A stretch of 63,669 nucleotides of DNA, filler included, from Reticulomyxa filosa (lineage: Eukaryota > Protista > Foraminifera): the NCBI GenBank assembly GCA_000512085.1. It is 29 parts of 29 records of this genome, joined end to end, with 100 filler letters (N's around TTAATTAATTAA, not from the genome) between each part and the next. Parts side by side here need not be neighbours in the genome. Positions count along the whole stretch, not along the records: positions 12,325 to 14,796 come from ASPP01047385.1; positions 14,897 to 15,956 come from ASPP01043563.1; positions 16,057 to 17,931 come from ASPP01002153.1; positions 18,032 to 20,152 come from ASPP01009450.1; positions 20,253 to 21,677 come from ASPP01031296.1; positions 21,778 to 23,184 come from ASPP01011711.1; positions 23,285 to 24,470 come from ASPP01001186.1; 22 more parts are not named here. One strand, 5' to 3'. Every line of letters starts with the position of its first letter. Position 1 is the first letter of the stretch. Position numbers and translations under genes: made by a program. The notes below the pieces were generated by a model, which saw only the letters and a list, made by a program, of their open reading frames with translations, was not told the origin of the DNA and searched no databases. Of the stretch, positions 12,325 through 23,790 are shown piece by piece.

Positions 12325-14400
12325 ACACACACACACACACACACTCGAGACTTCTATAATTGATACTACAAAACATAATGTGCAGTTGAGATGGAAAAAA
12401 AATAACTCTTGCTGGACAAGGGATTTGCACATCTACGCATTGGTTATAAAAATCTTCATCACCCTTTTCGCTTGATAGCTTGTCAATATCCTCCGGCACA
12501 ATTTATCTGCAATAGCTATGCTTCACAACGTTACGGATATTCGCATTATAATTATTGTTGCAAAACTCAGTAACGTATATTAGCGATACGTCCAGATACG
12601 TACACAATTCAATTCGCAATTGCGCTATCTTTGATACTCTTGCTGTAGCCTAGGATCTTTGTTGTCATCGAATTTAGCATTTAAAGGCAATTGTACGACA
12701 TTGAGGGCAAATTCAACACTTTGTTCACCATGATATTCAAGTCCACTCGCCCCACACGACAGACATTGCGTCTTTCCATGTCTGCAAACAAATAATTGGC
12801 ATCTTCCATTCGAGGGATATACTGATCAAATGTCCACATATCAATTCTGTGAATCTCGCATTCTTTGTTATGATCACAGAATCAAATTCACTCCCTTGTC
12901 CTATCGATGCAAATATTGACAAAGAAAAACGCACATTTGATACTTCAATAATTGACACTGCAACACGTAATGTATCGAGAGAATAGCAAACTGACTCTTG
13001 CTGGACAAGGAATTTGCACATTTATGCATTGGTTCTCGTCCTTCTCACTTGAAAACTTGTCACCATCTGCCGATACATTTCATCTGCAATAACTCTGTGC
13101 CACCTACAATACTCACGGATATGCCCAATATAATTATTGTTGCACATGTTCGTACATTGTGTTAGCGATTATATCCAAATACGCACACACACCATTCGCA
13201 ATTGTTTTATCTTTGTTGCCGAGGATCTTCGTTGTCATATCATCGTATTCATCTTTTAAAGTCACTTGTATCGATAATGATGAACAAGAGCGTGCAATAT
13301 CGTACAATTTATCCTCCATGCAAGATAATCTGTACAAGCCAAAAAACACGGACTGGCAAACTTCAAAACGATTTTGTAAAAAAAAACCATAATCGCCATC
13401 ACTAATCAATAACTCGGAATACGTATCGTCTTTACAACTATTATAGTACAAAGTGGTGGAAAGATATTATAGAATGTGTTATTCGTAATATTGAGAGAGG
13501 TACCGTGTGGCCTTGCATTGGCTCAAATTTGAATCTTTTGTCGGGGAATGCAAATGTTGATGAGTTGGTACAATTACTAAGTGGTGTGATCGAGTCAATT
13601 TGTGCGGGAGAGATTGTCGCAGACATATCTAGGATATTCCACGTTGCACTAAAGCTTGTTCACTGGGTGATAGAGTAAAGCAAAAATAAAAAGACCAAAT
13701 TCAAAAATTCTTGTTACCTATCATAGCATGCACGTATATATCTTGACATGATTTGGTACGGCAACACGATAAATCACAAGAAACAAATGCCATATCTCCA
13801 CAGTGTTTTTGCGAAAATTCATTGATGATATAGTCGTTATTTGGCTTTGGTCTATGCGTCTATATTTCACTGACAGTCATTGCACGCATTACCTCCACAG
13901 CATAGTCACAAACAATCTCTGTGTAAAAACGTGTTGACTGCACTTTGAATGTCAAGTCCAGCGTAACGAGTCCCAATTGGGTTTCGAGAAACCATGACAT
14001 GTTTGACAACGACAATTCGTTGTATCATCTCCAAGTTGAAATAAAGTAATCCATAATAATGCTTGTATCGCGACACATGTTTGACTTCATTGCACGGCAT
14101 GTCAATCGCGTTAATTCCCCAACGTAAAATACTTTCATTGCGTTGTCCAAGTGTAAGTATTGTCTTTAGGACATCACAATATTCAAACACACGCAAAACT
14201 TCGATTAAATATTGCCAAGTCTATATTGCAAAACAAAGTATCATGATAATAACGTTTTGTTTTTAAAATTTGTTTGGGATGGAATGAAATAAAACAAATA
14301 TACAACAATACTCGTTATCTCCGGAACATTTGCAATATCTTCACGAAAATTGACCAATGCATATTGAAAGAAGGTTCAATTCTTTGACTGCATCGCCATT
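12325..14400 (-). pseudogene. Fragmented Cys-containing repeat-protein pseudogene with an internal duplication
   Basis: Series of short minus-strand ORFs; 12405-12700 is similar to 12994-13280. Confidence 0.45.
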
Positions 14401-16060
14401 CTTCTTGTTTCGGCTTTACAAACGTCACAAGCCACTATTCGTTTTTTCTCTTTTCTACCTATATGTGATTATGTTATTGTTTTCAAGTATTTTTTTTTAA
14501 CAAGTCAAAAATAAAACAAAAAATCACTTACATTTTTTTCTTTTTCTTGTTCTTCTTTTTATTTTTTTTTTATTCTTCTTTTTACTTTTTTTTTTCATAT
14601 TATTATTATCTTTTTTATCATTTTTATTATTTTTTTCTTTTTTTCCGATCTTTTTTTAATATCTTTTTTCATTTTAATTCTTTTTTTCAATATTCAATTT
14701 TTTCCATTTCCTTCTTTTTTTCCCTCATTTTTTTCAGTCCACCCTTTTTTTTCCTTTTTTCAATTTCCCCCTTTTTTCAATTTCCCCCTTTTTTCANNNN
14801 NNNNNNNNNNNNNNNNNNNNNNNNNNNNNNNNNNNNNNNNTTAATTAATTAANNNNNNNNNNNNNNNNNNNNNNNNNNNNNNNNNNNNNNNNNNNNTTTG
14901 ACCAAAGAATAAGATTACATCGTTGATAAGCACATATGCAAAAACAATTTAAAAAAGTTTAGAATAGTATTTTTTTTAATTTTAAAAAATATCCCATTTT
15001 TGCTGTACTGTATACGTCATAACTTAAAGTGAAGAGAATATTTTCATCTTCTCTAAGTTACTTTTTACAAATCTATTGCATTTTTTTGCTCTAATTTAAA
15101 CTGTTCTTCAATGATTTTGTTTTCATTATTTTATGCCAATAATATCATTTATGTATATTCATCTATTGCGTTACATGAGGTTAATCTTTAAATATTTTCT
15201 CAGGATCTCTACTTATGAAAGATCTTGCAAAAAAATTTTTCAAATGGAGATATCCATGATAAATTTGTGTAACTTGAATATAATCAGAAGTGCTTACATG
15301 ACTTATGAAAAATCCTGATTTGATTTCTTTTCAATATTTTCAAATCTCACTCCTTTCAATCCACAATGTAATCCATTCACTTTCTTCTCTTCTTTTGTAG
15401 AACTGCAAAATGTTAATAACGCTATGCAAAAAATGATCCAAATAGACCCATTTGAAATGTTTAAATGTGATCTGATCATAACTGAATTTTTCATTACATG
15501 ATTTACCACAATATAATAAAATTGCACAAATTTCATATAATTGAAGTAAAAATCCCATTTATTTATGAATATAATCATGATACAATATCTTCAATTCATT
15601 TAATATTGTTAATATTTTATCATTTAATATCAGCTCATTTTAGTTACAGTAGAATGCAAAGTAAAGTTGACACCTACAGTTGCGACAAAAAAAATTTAGC
15701 CAAATCTAAAATATGAACTTTTTGTGTTTCTATCGAAAATTTGAGTGCTGCTCCAAAGATTTAACATAATGGTTTTGGTGGATCTTCATCTTTATAATCG
15801 CCACAGATTCTCGATTGGATTGAAGTCTGTGATTTGCAAATGATGTTCTAAGAGCGCTATTCATCTTTAATCTCATTTTGCAAATTATTAGCTGATAAGA
15901 TTAACATCCAAAACATGGATGAAAAACTGTACAAGCAACTTTTAAAAAAAAGCAAANNNNNNNNNNNNNNNNNNNNNNNNNNNNNNNNNNNNNNNNNNNN
16001 TTAATTAATTAANNNNNNNNNNNNNNNNNNNNNNNNNNNNNNNNNNNNNNNNNNNNCAAC

Positions 16061-16115
16061 GTTGGAACCGAAAGGGTTTGAATTCCGGGTTTTTAAAAAC
16101 CCTTTCGGTTCCAAC
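16061..16115. repeat. Perfect 19-bp inverted repeat (17-bp spacer) at the methyltransferase break point
   Basis: GTTGGAACCGAAAGGGTTT (16061-16079) and AAACCCTTTCGGTTCCAAC (16097-16115). Confidence 0.9.
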
Positions 16116-16117
16116 AT

Positions 16118-17032
16118 GGTAATGGTTCAAAAGAGATAGGAATTGTTTTAACGCCTAGACATATAGCAAGATTTGCTGTTGATGTTTTGAATATAACTAA
16201 CAAGGACAAGGTTTTAGACCCTGCTTGTGGAACTGGAGGATTTTTAGTTTCTGCATTTGATAAAGTTAAAAGCGAAGTTGACAAAGAAGAATTAGAAAAA
16301 TTTAAAACAGAAGGGATTTACGGGATTGAACAAGACCCAGAGGTTGTAGCTTTAGCACTTGTTAATATGATATTTAGGGGCGATGGAAGAGCTAATCTTG
16401 AAGAAGGTAATTGTTTTACAAGCAAAAAATTTATAGACTTAAAGGTTTCAAAAGTTCTTATGAATCCTCCATTTGCTCTCAAAAAAAGTGATGAAAAGGA
16501 ATATAAATTTATAGATTTTGCATTAAACAAAATGGAAAAGGGAGGCTATTTATTTGCAGTAATTCCTAGCTCAGTAATGTTTAGGTCAAAAAATTTCAAA
16601 GACTGGAGAGTTAAAATGCTAGAAAACAACACTCTAAAAGCGGTCATTAAATTACCAGATGCTTTATTTTATCCTGTTAGTGTTTGCACTTCTGCAATCA
16701 TAATTCAAAAAGGAGTAAAGCACGATAAAAACGCTAATGTTTTATGGGGTTGGCTCAAAGATGGTTTTGTCAAAAAGAAGGGCGTAATGATTAATTCTCA
16801 AAAGAATAACAATATTGAGGAAATAAGAAACGCTTTGGCATCTCACCTAAACAGCATAAAATTAGGACAAAGTAAACAACAATTTATCCAAAAACCAATA
16901 GATTTTGATAAATATTTAGAATGTTCGCCAGAGGCTTATTTGGAAGATAAAGATTATTCTAAAGACGAAATAGAGGCTCAAGCAAAAATTGTCTTACAAA
17001 ACTTAATCTCATTTAAATTATGCAGCCAATAG
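16118..17032 (+). CDS. Bacterial N6-adenine DNA methyltransferase, BcgIA-like (Type IIB/IIG) R-M subunit, 5'-truncated
   Basis: GNGSKEIGIVLTPRHI, motif I DPACGTGGFL, ALVNMIFRGDG, motif IV NPPF. The frame is closed by TAA at 16094 inside a palindrome, so the N-terminal nuclease part is missing. No introns. Confidence 0.85.
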   Translation, partial: GNGSKEIGIVLTPRHIARFAVDVLNITNKDKVLDPACGTGGFLVSAFDKVKSEVDKEELEKFKTEGIYGIEQDPEVVALALVNMIFRGDGRANLEEGNCFTSKKFIDLKVSKVLMNPPFALKKSDEKEYKFIDFALNKMEKGGYLFAVIPSSVMFRSKNFKDWRVKMLENNTLKAVIKLPDALFYPVSVCTSAIIIQKGVKHDKNANVLWGWLKDGFVKKKGVMINSQKNNNIEEIRNALASHLNSIKLGQSKQQFIQKPIDFDKYLECSPEAYLEDKDYSKDEIEAQAKIVLQNLISFKLCSQ

Positions 17033-17190
17033 ATTTTTATTTCAAAATACAAAAATGCCAATCTGGTAATTTAGAGAATTACCCAACTGGCGACATTCCT
17101 TTTGTTTCAAATACTAGTTTAAACAATGGCGTGGTAAAATATGTTGGTTTATCAGAGGAAAAAGAATTGATAAAAAATGTCCCTTGCATA
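17020..17190 (+). pseudogene. R-M specificity (S, BcgIB-like) subunit truncated by an IS3 insertion
   Basis: Overlaps the methyltransferase stop. GDIPFVSNTSLNNGV is a TRD-type S-subunit motif. The ORF runs into the IS end at 17191. Confidence 0.7.
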
Positions 17191-17931
17191 TGTCCTTGCC
17201 CCGTAACATTGATGCAGAAACAGGTTAGTAGTTTAGCAAACAAGAGCTAGCCTGACAAAGCAAGTAAATGGAGATAAATATGAGCAGGAAAATCCACAAT
17301 AGTGAAGAAATTATAAGAATACTACGGCAAGGAGAAGTGTTACCTAGCCAAGGTAAAAATATAGGTCAGATGTGCAAGGAATTGCAAATATCAGATGCAA
17401 CATAATATAAGTGGCGTAAAGAATACGGAGGCATGCAAGTATCGCAGGCAAAGCGTCTAAAAGAGCCTTGAGCTGGAGAATTCACGATTGAAGCGTGCAG
17501 TGGCAGAATTGACGTTAAATAACTTAGTACTTAAGGACGTAGCTGAGGGAAACTAATAAGCGCTGAGCAGAAGCGTAAAGCAGTAACGTTAGCTTGCCAG
17601 AAGTATGGGACATCAGAGCGCAAATCATGCAAATTTCTATCTATTCCACGTTCTGTCCAGCGTTATACCCCTAAGAAAGCAAATGATGAAGAAGCACTTC
17701 AGCAAGATATTGTAAGGCTGGCACGTAAGTATGGGCGTTATGGTTATCGCCGAATAACAGCATTACTTAAAGCTGCTGGTTGGCGTGTTAACCATAAGAG
17801 AGTAGAACGTATATGGCGCAGGAAAGGTTTAAAAGTTCCAGGAAGGCAGCCTAAACGTGGAAGGCTATACTTTAATGATGGTAGCTGTATTAGGCCTGGA
17901 CCGTTAGATCCCAATCATGTGTGGAGCTATG
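17191..17931 (+). mobile_element. IS3-family (IS407-like) insertion sequence, left part, with inactivated orfA
   Basis: Left end TGTCCTTGCCCC. OrfA (17280-17556, HTH, KWRKEYGGM) has a premature TAA and a +1 frameshift. GGGAAAC slippery site at 17547-17553. OrfB reads YGRYGYRRIT...VNHKRVERIW...PNHVWSY. Confidence 0.93.
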
Positions 17932-18053
17932 NNNNNNNNNNNNNNNNNNNNNNNNNNNNNNNNNNNNNNNNNNNNTTAATTAATTAANNNNNNNNNNNNN
18001 NNNNNNNNNNNNNNNNNNNNNNNNNNNNNNNTTTTTTTTTTTTTTTTTTTTTT

Positions 18054-18378
18054 TTAATTAAAAAAAAAAAAAAACGCAACTTCAAATGTGTTTCGTTGCC
18101 AATGTTGGTATTCGTTGTCTTGCGCATTTTGCCGAGATTGCGTCATTATTAAAGTCTGTTGTATATCTTCTTCAAATCGGTCGTCGAGTTGTCGTGGGAT
18201 GAAAAACAGCTGCACAAAGGCCAGTAGTGCTACTACGAGGAACATGACTTCGAAACATTTGCTTATTCGGTTCTCGTTGCACATCCTCTTCACTTTCACA
18301 TTCTTATTTGGCTCTATACTTTCAATCTCAGTCCCGTACGATATCTTTGGTGCGGTTTGCGAATAACTCACGTCCATT
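18054..18378 (-). CDS. Single-TM hypothetical protein, 5' exon
   Basis: ORF with one hydrophobic segment (VMFLVVALLAFVQLFFI); ends at a homopolymer intron and the contig end. Confidence 0.5.
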
Positions 18379-18902
18379 TCACCAATTCTTCCTTCTGTTT
18401 TGAGTTTTTTTAAAAATGTTTTTGACGCAAAAAAAAACAAATGTATTTTATTTCATATTGTTCGCACTCCTTTAAAGTCCTCTCCAGTACATACCACTGC
18501 CTTCTTTCGCTGGATAGTCCATTTTTAAGCTACTTGGGGACCACAGATTTAAAAATTTTTTCAAGTTTTAGGACGCGTCACATACCAAAACTAAATAAAA
18601 AATAAAGTGTACTGTTTATCACTCGTTAACTTCTTTTTTCAAAAGTTTACTTAAAAATATAAGGTTCAGCGAATACCAGAAAAGGTAAAAAAAAAAATCA
18701 TGCTTCACAACGTTTAGTCATTTATAGTGATTTGTGTTACACAGCGCTCGGGGAGTGAATAACGAGTTGCACGATTTAAATTTGTAGCAATTTTATTCCT
18801 AGAGAAAAGAACATTGAAATTTTTTTTAAACTTTTTTTTTGTAAGCCGTCTTTTCAATCAAATTAACCCGTTGAATAATTGGAGTTTCATAACATAAGAA
18901 AA

Positions 18903-20099
18903 ATGAATCCAAAAGACACACAATCAAAAAAAGAAGAAAATACAGAGCTCACATCTCCATTTGAATCATTGGCATCTCTGCCAATTCCTCTTTCGCAAAG
19001 CCAATGTGTGGCGCACAAACAAGAGCTTCTCATTTGTGGAGGATATTGGAATAGTGAATGTTACTCGTACCACACAATAAAAAATCAGTACAAACGCATT
19101 TGCATTTACCCATACGAGATTAAATTGCGTGGGCATTGTGTGGTGAAGCGAGTGAATCGCAATGATCCAAATGACATTAGCTTGCTCTCGTTTGGCGGAA
19201 TGAAAAAGCACGCATTGACATTGCGATATGAGAGCATTTGGGAGGAGAAGGAGAAAGAGCAAGAGCAAGAGCAAGAGCAAGCAGCTGTTGGACAGAAGAG
19301 CAAAGTGAATGAATGGATTCCTTTAACAGATAAAAAAGGCAATTGCATTTGTATTGGACGATATCAAGATGATTATGAAGGAGCACGTGCATTGATTGGA
19401 GGAAGTAATAACAATTTGTTGTTTATCACTTATTTTCCAAATAATATCGACGTGTTTGATTTGGACACATGGCAATTGATCAATCAAAGCACATTTCCGT
19501 CGATCAATAATATATTATTTCATTGCTTTGTGACGACCGCGAGCAATGGACAAGAGCACACAAAGAGTAATAAAATGCTGTTATTTTGTGAGCATACAGG
19601 CCTGTCTATTGATTACGACGAAGAATGCGACATATTCGAAATTGACAAAGTGAGGGTTTGTTCTGCCATTAGGCCGTTCAACAGATATGCTTATGTGTGT
19701 GTCGGGGATGTCATTTTGTTTTTTGGAGGATGGAGCACAGCCTCCGTTTCAAAAGAGACATTCAAGTATTCGATGAAAGAAGACAAATGGACAAAATGTG
19801 ATTGTATTTTCCCGCACGACTTGAAATACTCTGTTGCGGTTGTAGATGCCGATAACACGTATGTACACATCATCGGAGGATTTGATGGAAATCGTGACTC
19901 GAACATGCACATGAGAGCCAACATTGAAACTTGGACAAAAGAGAAAACAGAGAGAGAAAAACTATGGACTTTGCAAGAAGAGGCCATCACAAAGAAAGAG
20001 GAAATGCAAAAAGAGATTGACGATATAATTATGATTAAACAAAAAATTGAAAAAATCAAACCAGAATTCGATATTACAAATTTGCGTGTTGAGTTTTGA
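18903..20099 (+). CDS. Kelch-repeat beta-propeller protein with a C-terminal coiled coil
   Basis: Repeated GG motifs (LLICGGY, LSFGG, ALIGG, LFFGGW, HIIGGF) with downstream Y/W residues. Confidence 0.85.
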   Translation: MNPKDTQSKKEENTELTSPFESLASLPIPLSQSQCVAHKQELLICGGYWNSECYSYHTIKNQYKRICIYPYEIKLRGHCVVKRVNRNDPNDISLLSFGGMKKHALTLRYESIWEEKEKEQEQEQEQAAVGQKSKVNEWIPLTDKKGNCICIGRYQDDYEGARALIGGSNNNLLFITYFPNNIDVFDLDTWQLINQSTFPSINNILFHCFVTTASNGQEHTKSNKMLLFCEHTGLSIDYDEECDIFEIDKVRVCSAIRPFNRYAYVCVGDVILFFGGWSTASVSKETFKYSMKEDKWTKCDCIFPHDLKYSVAVVDADNTYVHIIGGFDGNRDSNMHMRANIETWTKEKTEREKLWTLQEEAITKKEEMQKEIDDIIMIKQKIEKIKPEFDITNLRVEF

Positions 20100-20252
20100 T
20101 TTGATTTTTTGATTTCATTGATTTCATTGATTTCTTATCCAAAAAAAATTTCNNNNNNNNNNNNNNNNNNNNNNNNNNNNNNNNNNNNNNNNNNNNTTAA
20201 TTAATTAANNNNNNNNNNNNNNNNNNNNNNNNNNNNNNNNNNNNNNNNNNNN

Positions 20253-21677
20253 GGTTGGGAGAACGACCGCGGCACACTCGGCCGCGGCGACGTGTTCGTG
20301 ATCGACGAGGCGGGCATGGTCGGGAGCCGCCAGCTCGCCCGCTTCGTTGGCGAGGCCGAGGCGCGCGGGGCGAAGATCGTCCTTGTAGGCGACCATGAGC
20401 AGTTGCAGGCGATCGGGGCGGGCGCACCGTTTAGGGCGATCACGGAGGAAATCGGCCATGCCGAGCTGTCCGAGATTCGCCGGCAGCGCGTGGACTGGCA
20501 GCGGGAGGCGTCGGTTGACTTCGCCACGCACCGGACGGCCGAGGGGCTGGCGGCCTATCGGGATCGCGGCAATATCAGCTTTGCCGAAACCGGCGAGGAC
20601 GCGCGGGGCCAGATCGTGCGCGACTACCTTGCCGATCGCGACGAGCGCCCGGACGGCACCCGCGTAGCGATGGCGCATCGCCGGGCCGATGTTCGCGCCA
20701 TCAACGACGCGATCCGGGCCGAGCTACAGGACCGGGGCGAGCTGGCGCAGGGCGAGGACGCCGGCGCGCTGACCTTCCAGACCAATGACGGCAAGCGGGA
20801 GTTCGCGCCCGGCGACCGCATCGTGTTCTTGGAGAACAACCGCGACCTTGGCGTGAAAAACGGGATGCTAGGCACGGTCGATCATGTCGAGCCGGGCCGC
20901 ATCATTGCCACGCTCGACGGCCGGGGCGGCGATAGTGTTTCCGTGCCGATGGGCGATTATCAGGCGATCGACCACGGCTATGCGACGACGATTCACAAAA
21001 ATCAGGGGGCGACGGTGGACCGCGCCTATGTGATGGCGTCGGGGACGATGGACCGGCATCTAACCTATGTCGCCATGACCCGGCATCGTGACGGGGTGCA
21101 GCTCTACGCGGCACAGGACGAGTTCACCAATGCCGGCCGGCTGGTCGAGCATGGGGCCGCGCCCTATGAGCATGACCCGCAGAAGTCCGACAGCTATTTC
21201 GTGACGCTGGAAAACGACAAGGGCGAGCAGCGCACCCTATGGGGCGTCGATCTTGAGCGCGCCATGAAGGAGGCCGCGCCCGAGATCGGGGAGAAGATCG
21301 GCCTACAGCATGAGGGTTCCACCCCCGTCACCTTGCCGGATGGGACGCAGACGCACCGCAACACATGGAAGGTTCAGGACGCCGGCGAGCTGGCCTATAG
21401 CCAGCTAGAGCGCCGCCTGTCGCGGTCGGGCGTGAAGGAAACGACGCTCGACTATACCCGCGACTTTGCCGAGCGGCGCGGGATCGCGGAGCAAATGGGC
21501 GTCCGCAGCGAGATCGAGATTCCGGCCGAGCGCACCGGGCTACGTGCGGAACGGGAGTCGACGGCCGGGGATCATGCCCTTGATCGGAGATCCTCGCAAA
21601 AAGTTCGCGCGGATCTCGCGCAGGATCTTCGTGCAGATCCGCGCGAGGATCTCGCCGGCGATCGACAGCAGCGCCAA
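20253..21677 (+). CDS. traA: Ti-type conjugative relaxase/helicase TraA, central and C-terminal part (GC-rich alphaproteobacterial plasmid)
   Basis: RecD-like helicase motifs VIDEAGMV, LVGDHEQLQAI, GYATTIHKNQGATVD, YVAMTRHR, LSRSGVKETTLDY. Very GC-rich compared with the rest of the window. Confidence 0.92.
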
Positions 21678-21777
21678 NNNNNNNNNNNNNNNNNNNNNNN
21701 NNNNNNNNNNNNNNNNNNNNNTTAATTAATTAANNNNNNNNNNNNNNNNNNNNNNNNNNNNNNNNNNNNNNNNNNNN

Positions 21778-22285
21778 CTGTGGCTGTGGCTGTGGCTGTG
21801 ACTGTGACTGTGATTGTGATTGTTTCTTCAACAAATCGGGATATGCCTTGTCAGCCATCCCAGTACTGCGGTCCAATACACTGACGTCCATTTCCGGAAT
21901 TTCCACAGAGTCGACTTCCATCGCACTTTCCTTCTTTTCAGAGTCCAGCGATGACAGCACTACTTTGGGCACTGTCATGCTTTTTCGCATTTCAGAGTCT
22001 TTGTCGGCCATTTTTTCTTTCCATTTCGGATCCTTTTTTACGTGTACATGTATAAAAGTATAAAAGTATAAAAGTATATAATGACCTATACGTATACATG
22101 TTATGTGCATGTGTGCTAAAATAAGATCAACTTGGTAGGGCAGTGGAGGACCTTGCTCCTCTTTTTCGTCTACAGAAGCGTCGGCAACGCCTCCCATGAT
22201 CGACTTTTGTTGTCGATGTCCGACGCGTTTGACTTGTAAAGGTCTATTATTATTAACTTTTTCTTCTTTTTCTTCTTCTTTGTCT

Positions 22286-22319
<34 letters not shown>

Positions 22320-23097
22320 TTTCTTCTTTTTTTTGTTTTGCTTTTTGAGTAGGCTTCTTTTTGCGCTCGATCATGACCATTTGGTTGCCCGCAGACTTTG
22401 GATTCGGCTTGCTTGGCTCCGCCTTTGGAGCAGACTTGACAGGCTTAACGGGCTCGGGTTTTTTAGAAGGGGGGTCGGGCAATAGGTCGTCCAAGTCGAA
22501 GACGTCTTTGTTCTTCGATTTGTCCGGCAAAGACTGCACGGCGTCACGGCCTTTGGGTTTCGGAGCCGAGCCGGCGGCAGAGTTATCTCCTTCCACCACT
22601 TCCAAAGACGGAGGGGCCTCCTCGGCCGCTACGTCCGACAGCTCTTCGTCGCGGTCGGCTTGGTATGGCGACTCTCCCACCATCAGGGTTTTGCCGCGCT
22701 CGTAGCCGCACAAAAGACATCCATTCGTGTGTGTCGTATTCAAGTAAGAGCACGACGGACAAGACCATGTTTGTTCGACGTTTACTTGCAATTGTTGTTG
22801 TTTCTATGCACATGTATTTTATATACATATACATATATACGTATACATATATATGTATATGTGTATATACATATATGTAACCTCCAAATTTTTAATCTGA
22901 ATAGAAACCCTTCCATTAGGTCGATGAGATAAACACATTTGACAGAGCTCGTCCGTTTCGTCATTGACAAATGTGCATGTGGAACACAGCCAATCATTTT
23001 CAGAGGGTTTCAACACATGACACCTTGTGCAACAGTCTTCATTGTCGTCGTTGGCTGTCCCACAGGAATTGCATTCCCAGCCATTGACTTTCTTCAA
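21778..23097 (-). CDS. Protein with three RanBP2-type zinc fingers and Pro- and Glu-rich regions, multi-exon, partial
   Basis: WECNSCGTAN..CTRC, WLCSTCTFVN..CQMC, WSCPSCSYLN..CLLC; (AT)n introns. Confidence 0.85.
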
Positions 23098-23151
23098 TCC
23101 GTTTTTTTCATATTACAAGTCATTTTGATAATCAAATAACAATAATAATAA

Positions 23152-23184
<33 letters not shown>

Positions 23185-23284
23185 NNNNNNNNNNNNNNNN
23201 NNNNNNNNNNNNNNNNNNNNNNNNNNNNTTAATTAATTAANNNNNNNNNNNNNNNNNNNNNNNNNNNNNNNNNNNNNNNNNNNN

Positions 23285-23790
23285 TCTATCCGTCTTTGAT
23301 TTTCTTCAATTAATTTTTGCAATTTATCATTCAAATTATCAAACTCTTTCAATAACTTATTATTGAAGACATAATCTTGATTAATTGTATTCAATTTTTG
23401 TTTCTTTTTTTGTTTTTCAATTAATATATCTCTTTCTTTGGAACATAGATTGTTATATTGTTCAATGCATTTTGTAAAATTTAAAATTGCTTTATCCATT
23501 TCATTCTTTAATTTTACTTTTTCCAGATATTTTTCATAAATTTCTTGTTGTATTGGCTTTTGTTTTTTAGATATTTCTTCAAAATCTTTTGATATATTCT
23601 TTACATCAATCTATACATATTCAAACAGACTTAACTATATAATAATAATTACATTATAATTAAACCTTGATTGATGATTGATAAGAAAGCAATTCTTTAA
23701 TAACGAGTGGAATATCATCCGTTCTGCGAATGATTCGGGTACTTCAGGCAAATTTTGAAAGTAGTTGTTGACTTGAGTAGACATGTTAGA
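23285..23790 (-). pseudogene. Coiled-coil and Kelch-family N-terminal remnants
   Basis: Short coiled-coil ORF plus MSTQVNNYFQNLPEVP, which resembles the start of the Kelch family gene at 18903. Confidence 0.35.

Noticed and set aside
14520-14796. Phe-rich 101-aa ORF
   Set aside because: Low-complexity T-rich contig end, probably low-quality sequence.
20197-21114. Antisense and overlapping ORFs within traA
   Set aside because: Shadow ORFs are expected in high-GC coding DNA.
16057-21677. A defence or conjugation island made of the methyltransferase, IS3, Kelch gene and TraA
   Set aside because: The genes sit on separate contigs with very different composition; the proximity comes from concatenation.
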